Shown one piece after another: positions 1 to 3,576 of a DNA stretch of 3,576 bases. A model generated the notes under the pieces. That model was not told where the DNA came from. It did not search any database and worked only from the letters and a program-made list of their open reading frames with translations. Source of the stretch: Escherichia phage MS2; sequence record LC710217.1. One strand, 5' to 3'. The position numbers and the translations under genes are program-made. Position 1 is the first letter of the stretch; each line of letters opens with the position of its first letter.

Positions 1-48
1 GGCCGATTCTATTTTTCGCCGTTTACCTGCTTATCTTTTTCCTGCTCA

Positions 49-55
49 ACTTCCT
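49..55 (+). promoter_or_regulatory. Candidate upstream complementary sequence (UCS) that can pair with the maturation-gene Shine-Dalgarno
   Basis: acttcct (49..55) can pair with aggaggt (135..141) as 6 Watson-Crick pairs plus one G-U wobble. Levivirus maturation-gene translation is known to be controlled by SD sequestration in a long-range 5' UTR helix. The exact partner is assigned by inspection only. Confidence 0.4.
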
Positions 56-134
56 GTCGAGCTAATGCCATTTTTAATGTCTTTAGCGAGACGCTACCAT
101 GGCTATCGCTGTAGGTAGCCGGAATTCCATTCCT

Positions 135-141
135 AGGAGGT
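135..141 (+). promoter_or_regulatory. Shine-Dalgarno sequence of the maturation (A) protein gene
   Basis: aggaggt lies 7-8 nt upstream of the GTG at 149..151. This is a strong, near-consensus SD. Confidence 0.85.
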
Positions 142-148
142 TTGACCT

Positions 149-1330
149 GTGCGAGCTTTTAGTACCCTTGATAGGGAGAACGAGACCTTCGTCCCCTCCG
201 TTCGCGTTTACGCGGACGGTGAGACTGAAGATAACTCATTCTCTTTAAAATATCGTTCGAACTGGACTCCCCGTCGTTTTAACTCGACTGGGGCCAAAAC
301 GAAACAGTGGCACTACCCCTCTCCGTATTCACGGGGGGCGTTAAGTGTCACATCGATAGATCAAGGTGCCTACAAGCGAAGTGGGTCATCGTGGGGTCGC
401 CCGTACGAGGAGAAAGCCGGTTTCGGCTTCTCCCTCGACGCACGCTCCTGCTACAGCCTCTTCCCTGTAAGCCAAAACTTGACTTACATCGAAGTGCCGC
501 AGAACGTTGCGAACCGGGCGTCGACCGAAGTCCTGCAAAAGGTCACCCAGGGTAATTTTAACCTTGGTGTTGCTTTAGCAGAGGCTAGGTCGACAGCCTC
601 ACAACTCGCGACGCAAACCATTGCGCTCGTGAAGGCGTACACTGCCGCTCGTCGCGGTAATTGGCGCCAGGCGCTCCGCTACCTTGCCCTAAACGAAGAT
701 CGAAAGTTTCGATCAAAACACGTGGCCGGCAGGTGGTTGGAGTTGCAGTTCGGTTGGTTACCACTAATGAGTGATATCCAGGGTGCATATGAGATGCTTA
801 CGAAGGTTCACCTTCAAGAGTTTCTTCCTATGAGAGCCGTACGTCAGGTCGGTACTAACATCAAGTTAGATGGCCGTCTGGTGTATCCAGCTGCAAACTT
901 CCAGACAACGTGCAACATATCGCGACGTATCGTGATATGGTTTTACATAAACGATGCACGTTTGGCATGGTTGTCGTCTCTAGGTATCTTGAACCCACTA
1001 GGTATAGTGTGGGAAAAGGTGCCTTTCTCATTCGTTGTCGACTGGCTCCTACCTGTAGGTAACATGCTCGAGGGCCTTACGGCCCCCGTGGGATGCTCCT
1101 ACATGTCAGGAACAGTTACTGACGTAATAACGGGTGAGTCCATCATAAGCGTTGACGCTCCCTACGGGTGGACTGTGGAGAGACAGGGCACTGCTAAGGC
1201 CCAAATCTCAGCCATGCATCGAGGGGTACAATCCGTATGGCCAACAACTGGCGCGTACGTAAAGTCTCCTTTCTCGATGGTCCATACCTTAGATGCGTTA
1301 GCATTAATCAGGCAACGGCTCTCTAGATAG
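149..1330 (+). CDS. mat: Maturation protein (A protein / assembly protein), GUG-initiated, 393 aa
   Basis: ORF of 393 codons starting GTG at 149 and ending TAG at 1328..1330. The translation (MRAFSTLDRENETFVPSVRVYADGETEDNSF...LDALALIRQRLSR) matches my recollection of the MS2 A protein. A GUG start with a strong upstream SD is the known arrangement. First gene in canonical levivirus order. Confidence 0.96.
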   Translation: MRAFSTLDRENETFVPSVRVYADGETEDNSFSLKYRSNWTPRRFNSTGAKTKQWHYPSPYSRGALSVTSIDQGAYKRSGSSWGRPYEEKAGFGFSLDARSCYSLFPVSQNLTYIEVPQNVANRASTEVLQKVTQGNFNLGVALAEARSTASQLATQTIALVKAYTAARRGNWRQALRYLALNEDRKFRSKHVAGRWLELQFGWLPLMSDIQGAYEMLTKVHLQEFLPMRAVRQVGTNIKLDGRLVYPAANFQTTCNISRRIVIWFYINDARLAWLSSLGILNPLGIVWEKVPFSFVVDWLLPVGNMLEGLTAPVGCSYMSGTVTDVITGESIISVDAPYGWTVERQGTAKAQISAMHRGVQSVWPTTGAYVKSPFSMVHTLDALALIRQRLSR

Positions 1331-1343
1331 AGCCCTCAACCGG

Positions 1344-1366
1344 AGTTTGAAGCATGGCTTCTAACT
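1344..1366 (+). promoter_or_regulatory. Coat-gene initiator hairpin with the AUG in the loop, preceded by SD ggag (1342..1345)
   Basis: agtt (1344..1347) pairs with aact (1363..1366) and gaagc (1349..1353) pairs with gcttc (1357..1361), leaving atg 1354..1356 as the loop. GGAG sits about 8 nt upstream of the ATG. This matches the well-studied MS2 coat initiator hairpin whose stability tunes coat translation. Confidence 0.7.
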
Positions 1367-1746
1367 TTACTCAGTTCGTTCTCGTCGACAATGGCGGAAC
1401 TGGCGACGTGACTGTCGCCCCAAGCAACTTCGCTAACGGGGTCGCTGAATGGATCAGCTCTAACTCGCGTTCACAGGCTTACAAAGTAACCTGTAGCGTT
1501 CGTCAGAGCTCTGCGCAGAATCGCAAATACACCATCAAAGTCGAGGTGCCTAAAGTGGCAACCCAGACTGTTGGTGGTGTAGAGCTTCCTGTAGCCGCAT
1601 GGCGTTCGTACTTAAATATGGAACTAACCATTCCAATTTTCGCTACGAATTCCGACTGCGAGCTTATTGTTAAGGCAATGCAAGGTCTCCTAAAAGATGG
1701 AAACCCGATTCCCTCAGCAATCGCAGCAAACTCCGGCATCTACTAA
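1354..1746 (+). CDS. cp: Major coat (capsid) protein, 130 aa including the initiator Met
   Basis: ORF from ATG 1354 to TAA 1744..1746, immediately followed by an in-frame TAG 1747..1749 (tandem stops). The translation MASNFTQFVLVDNGGTGDVTVAPSNFANGVAEWISSNSRSQAYKVTCSVRQSSAQNRKYTIKVEVPKVATQTVGGVELPVAAWRSYLNMELTIPIFATNSDCELIVKAMQGLLKDGNPIPSAIAANSGIY matches the MS2 coat protein as I recall it. Confidence 0.98.
   Translation: MASNFTQFVLVDNGGTGDVTVAPSNFANGVAEWISSNSRSQAYKVTCSVRQSSAQNRKYTIKVEVPKVATQTVGGVELPVAAWRSYLNMELTIPIFATNSDCELIVKAMQGLLKDGNPIPSAIAANSGIY
1446..1452 (+). promoter_or_regulatory. Min Jou long-distance interaction, 5' partner (inside the coat gene)
   Basis: tgaatgg at 1446..1452 is the exact reverse complement of ccattca at 1757..1763, just upstream of the replicase start. 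The 7-bp helix does not extend on either side. It corresponds to the known MS2 interaction that represses replicase initiation until ribosomes translating the coat gene open it. Confidence 0.8.
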
Positions 1747-1924
1747 TAGACGCCGGCCATTCAAACATGAGGATAACCCATGTCGAAGACAACAAAGAAG
1801 TTCAACTCTTTATGTATTGATCTTCCTCGCGATCTTTCTCTCGAAATTTACCAATCAATTGCTTCTGTCGCTACTGGAAGCGGTGATCCGCACAGTGACG
1901 ACTTTACAGCAATTGCTTACTTAA
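1697..1924 (+). CDS. lys: Lysis protein L, 75 aa, in the +1 frame overlapping the coat 3' end and replicase 5' end
   Basis: ORF from ATG 1697 to TAA 1922..1924. The translation METRFPQQSQQTPASTNRRRPFKHEDNPCRRQQRSSTLYVLIFLAIFLSKFTNQLLLSLLEAVIRTVTTLQQLLT has the hydrophobic C-terminal segment typical of MS2 L. It matches my recollection of MS2 L except N at residue 27, where I recall Y. There is no strong SD, consistent with the known coupling of L translation to coat-gene termination. Confidence 0.93.
   Translation: METRFPQQSQQTPASTNRRRPFKHEDNPCRRQQRSSTLYVLIFLAIFLSKFTNQLLLSLLEAVIRTVTTLQQLLT
1757..1763 (+). promoter_or_regulatory. Min Jou long-distance interaction, 3' partner (upstream of the replicase start)
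   Basis: ccattca is the reverse complement of 1446..1452 (tgaatgg). Confidence 0.8.
1765..1783 (+). promoter_or_regulatory. Translational operator (TR) hairpin: coat-protein binding site and packaging signal covering the replicase SD and AUG; loop variant with A at -5
   Basis: acatgaggataacccatgt. Stems acat/atgt and gg/cc, bulged A at 1770 (-10), 4-nt loop 1773..1776 (ataa), replicase ATG at 1780..1782, SD gagga at 1769..1773. The canonical MS2 operator as I recall it is ACAUGAGGAUUACCCAUGU with loop AUUA. Here position 1775 (-5) is A, not U. Confidence 0.9.
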
Positions 1925-3417
1925 GGGACGAATTGCTCACAAAGCATCCGACCTTAGGTTCTGGTAATGACGAGGCGACCCGTCGTACCTTAGCTATCGC
2001 TAAGTTACGGGAGGCGAATGATCGGTGCGGTCAGATAAATAGAGAAGGTTTCTTACATGACAAATCCTTGTCATGGGATCCGGATGTTTTACAAACCAGC
2101 ATCCGTAGCCTTATTGGCAACCTCCTCTCTGGCTACCGATCGTCGTTGTTTGGGCAATGCACGTTCTCCAACGGTGCCTCTATGGGGCACAAGTTGCAGG
2201 ATGCAGCGCCTTACAAGAAGTTCGCTGAACAAGCAACCGTTACCCCCCGCGCTCTGAGAGCGGCTCTATTGGTCCGAGACCAATGTGCGCCGTGGATCAG
2301 ACACGCGGTCCGCTATAACGAGTCATATGAATTTAGGCTCGTTGTAGGGAACGGAGTGTTTACAGTTCCGAAGAATAATAAAATAGATCGGGCTGCCTGT
2401 AAGGAGCCTGATATGAATATGTACCTCCAGAAAGGGGTCGGTGCCTTTATCAGACGCCGGCTCAAATCCGTTGGTATAGACCTGAATGATCAATCGATCA
2501 ACCAGCGTCTGGCTCAGCAGGGCAGCGTAGATGGTTCGCTTGCGACGATAGACTTATCGTCTGCATCCGATTCCATCTCCGATCGCCTGGTGTGGTGTTT
2601 TCTCCCACCTGAGCTATATTCATATCTCGATCGTATCCGCTCACACTACGGAATCGTAGATGGCGAGACGATACGATGGGAACTATTTTCCACAATGGGA
2701 AATGGGTTCACATTTGAGCTAGAGTCCATGATATTCTGGGCAATAGTCAAAGCGACCCAAATCCATTTTGGTAACGCCGGAACCATAGGCATCTACGGGG
2801 ACGATATTATATGTCCCAGTGAGATTGCACCCCGTGTGCTAGAGGCACTTGCCTACTACGGTTTTAAACCGAATCTTCGTAAAACGTTCGTGTCCGGGCT
2901 CTTTCGCGAGAGCTGCGGCGCGCACTTTTACCGTGGTGTCGATGTCAAACCGTTTTACATCAAGAAACCTGTTGACAATCTCTTCGCCCTGATGCTGATA
3001 TTAAATCGGCTACGGGGTTGGGGAGTTGTCGGAGGTATGTCAGATCCACGCCTCTACAAGGTGTGGGTACGGCTCTCCTCCCAGGTGCCTTCGATGTTCT
3101 TCGGTGGGACGGACCTCGCTGCCGACTACTACGTAGTCAGCCCGCCTACGGCAGTCTCGGTATACACCAAGACTCCGTACGGGCGGCTGCTCGCGGATAC
3201 CCGTACCTCGGGTTTCCGTCTTGCTCGTATCGCTCGAGAACGCAAGTTCTTCAGCGAAAAGCACGACAGTGGTCGCTACATAGCGTGGTTCCATACTGGA
3301 GGTGAAATCACCGACAGTATGAAGTCCGCCGGCGTGCGCGTTATACGCACTTCGGAGTGGCTAACGCCGGTTCCCACATTCCCTCAGGAGTGTGGGCCAG
3401 CGAGCTCTCCTCGGTAG
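1780..3417 (+). CDS. rep: RNA-directed RNA polymerase (replicase beta subunit), 545 aa
   Basis: ORF from ATG 1780 to TAG 3415..3417. The translation begins MSKTTKKFNSLCIDLPRDLSLEIYQ and ends TFPQECGPASSPR, and contains the polymerase motif IGIYGDDIICPS. Last gene in canonical levivirus order, with its start embedded in the operator hairpin. Confidence 0.97.
   Translation: MSKTTKKFNSLCIDLPRDLSLEIYQSIASVATGSGDPHSDDFTAIAYLRDELLTKHPTLGSGNDEATRRTLAIAKLREANDRCGQINREGFLHDKSLSWDPDVLQTSIRSLIGNLLSGYRSSLFGQCTFSNGASMGHKLQDAAPYKKFAEQATVTPRALRAALLVRDQCAPWIRHAVRYNESYEFRLVVGNGVFTVPKNNKIDRAACKEPDMNMYLQKGVGAFIRRRLKSVGIDLNDQSINQRLAQQGSVDGSLATIDLSSASDSISDRLVWCFLPPELYSYLDRIRSHYGIVDGETIRWELFSTMGNGFTFELESMIFWAIVKATQIHFGNAGTIGIYGDDIICPSEIAPRVLEALAYYGFKPNLRKTFVSGLFRESCGAHFYRGVDVKPFYIKKPVDNLFALMLILNRLRGWGVVGGMSDPRLYKVWVRLSSQVPSMFFGGTDLAADYYVVSPPTAVSVYTKTPYGRLLADTRTSGFRLARIARERKFFSEKHDSGRYIAWFHTGGEITDSMKSAGVRVIRTSEWLTPVPTFPQECGPASSPR
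2794..2805 (+). other. Catalytic YGDD motif (RdRp motif C) within the replicase
   Basis: Codons tac ggg gac gat in the rep frame encode Y-G-D-D within IGIYGDDII. This is the conserved active-site motif of levivirus replicases. Confidence 0.9.
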
Positions 3418-3576
3418 CTGACCGAGGGACCCCCGTAAACGGGGTGGGTGTGCTCGAAAGAGCACGGGTCCGCGAAAGCGGTGGCTCCACCGAAAGGTGG
3501 GCGGGCTTCGGCCCAGGGACCTCCCCCTAAAGAGAGGACCCGGGATTCTCCCGATTTGGTAACTAGCTGCTTGGCG
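3418..3576 (+). other. 3' untranslated region with a series of stable stem-loops; the terminal hairpin is truncated
   Basis: GC-rich noncoding tail after the rep stop. Hairpins read by eye: 3431..3444 (ccccg-UAAA-cgggg), 3450..3465 (gtgctc-GAAA-gagcac), 3470..3481 (ccgc-GAAA-gcgg), 3487..3500 (ccacc-GAAA-ggtgg), 3503..3514 (gggc-UUCG-gccc) and 3541..3553 (cggga...tcccg). The 5' arm of the terminal hairpin (ggtaactagc, 3558..3567) and its loop (tgcttg, 3568..3573) are present, but the 3' arm and terminal CCCA are missing. Confidence 0.8.

Noticed and set aside
307-555. Plus-strand alternative-frame ORF of 82 aa (GTG start) inside mat
   Set aside because: No SD at appropriate spacing, non-ATG start, low-complexity Arg/Pro/Leu-rich translation typical of an off-frame read of a coding region. 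No known levivirus product maps here.
585-788. Minus-strand ORF of 67 aa inside the maturation gene
   Set aside because: The genome is a plus-strand ssRNA phage; the minus strand is a replication template and is not translated. The ORF is fully covered by the well-supported mat CDS, has no RBS evidence and no recognisable protein features.
1503-1739. Minus-strand ORF of 78 aa antisense to the coat and lysis genes
   Set aside because: Same reasoning: antisense to an established coat gene in a (+)ssRNA genome. Chance ORF.
1744-1749. Possible coat read-through extension like the A1 protein of Qbeta-type phages
   Set aside because: The coat gene ends in tandem stops (TAA then TAG) and the downstream frame quickly runs into the operator and rep start. 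MS2-group phages do not make a read-through protein.
2057-2257. Plus-strand alternative-frame ORF of 66 aa inside rep, with a weak gaagg 8 nt upstream of its ATG
   Set aside because: The SD-like motif is most likely coincidental within rep coding sequence. No known MS2 gene here, and the region is expected to be structured and occupied by translating ribosomes in the rep frame. Only ribosome profiling or conservation of the frame across leviviruses would change this.
2498-2695. Minus-strand ORF of 65 aa inside the replicase gene
   Set aside because: Antisense to rep in a (+)ssRNA phage; no expression context. Chance ORF.
3040-3294. Minus-strand ORF of 84 aa inside the replicase gene
   Set aside because: Antisense to rep. 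Chance ORF arising in GC-rich coding sequence.
3018-3305. Plus-strand alternative-frame ORF of 95 aa (TTG start) inside rep
   Set aside because: Non-canonical start, no RBS, Arg-rich off-frame translation. No support.
1-3576. CRISPR arrays, tRNA/rRNA genes, insertion sequences, integrases, toxin-antitoxin or defence-system genes
   Set aside because: None seen. No direct-repeat/spacer periodicity, no tRNA-like cloverleaf candidates outside the known phage RNA structures, and the four phage genes plus UTRs account for essentially the entire window.

Overview
This window is not a bacterial locus. It is a near-full-length DNA-sense copy of the plus strand of an Escherichia RNA phage MS2-type levivirus genome (ssRNA coliphage). 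All four canonical genes are present on the + strand in the canonical order: maturation (A) protein 149..1330 with a GUG start, coat protein 1354..1746, lysis protein L 1697..1924 (in the +1 frame, spanning the coat/replicase junction), and the RNA replicase beta subunit 1780..3417 with a YGDD motif. The known RNA regulatory elements can be read directly from the sequence: the coat-protein-binding operator hairpin at the replicase start, the Min Jou long-distance pairing, the coat initiator hairpin, and a 3' UTR stack of tetraloop hairpins. I do not see an undescribed system; the known levivirus architecture explains essentially every base. Three things deserve a second look. The first ~40 nt do not look like a levivirus 5' end. 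The 3' terminus is cut inside the terminal hairpin and lacks the CCCA-3' end. The operator loop carries A at position -5 (window 1775) where I recall U in wild-type MS2, which also recodes lysis protein residue 27 from Y to N. All comparisons to the MS2 reference are from memory and need an alignment to confirm. Minus-strand ORFs in the track are rejected because the minus strand of a (+)ssRNA phage is not an mRNA.
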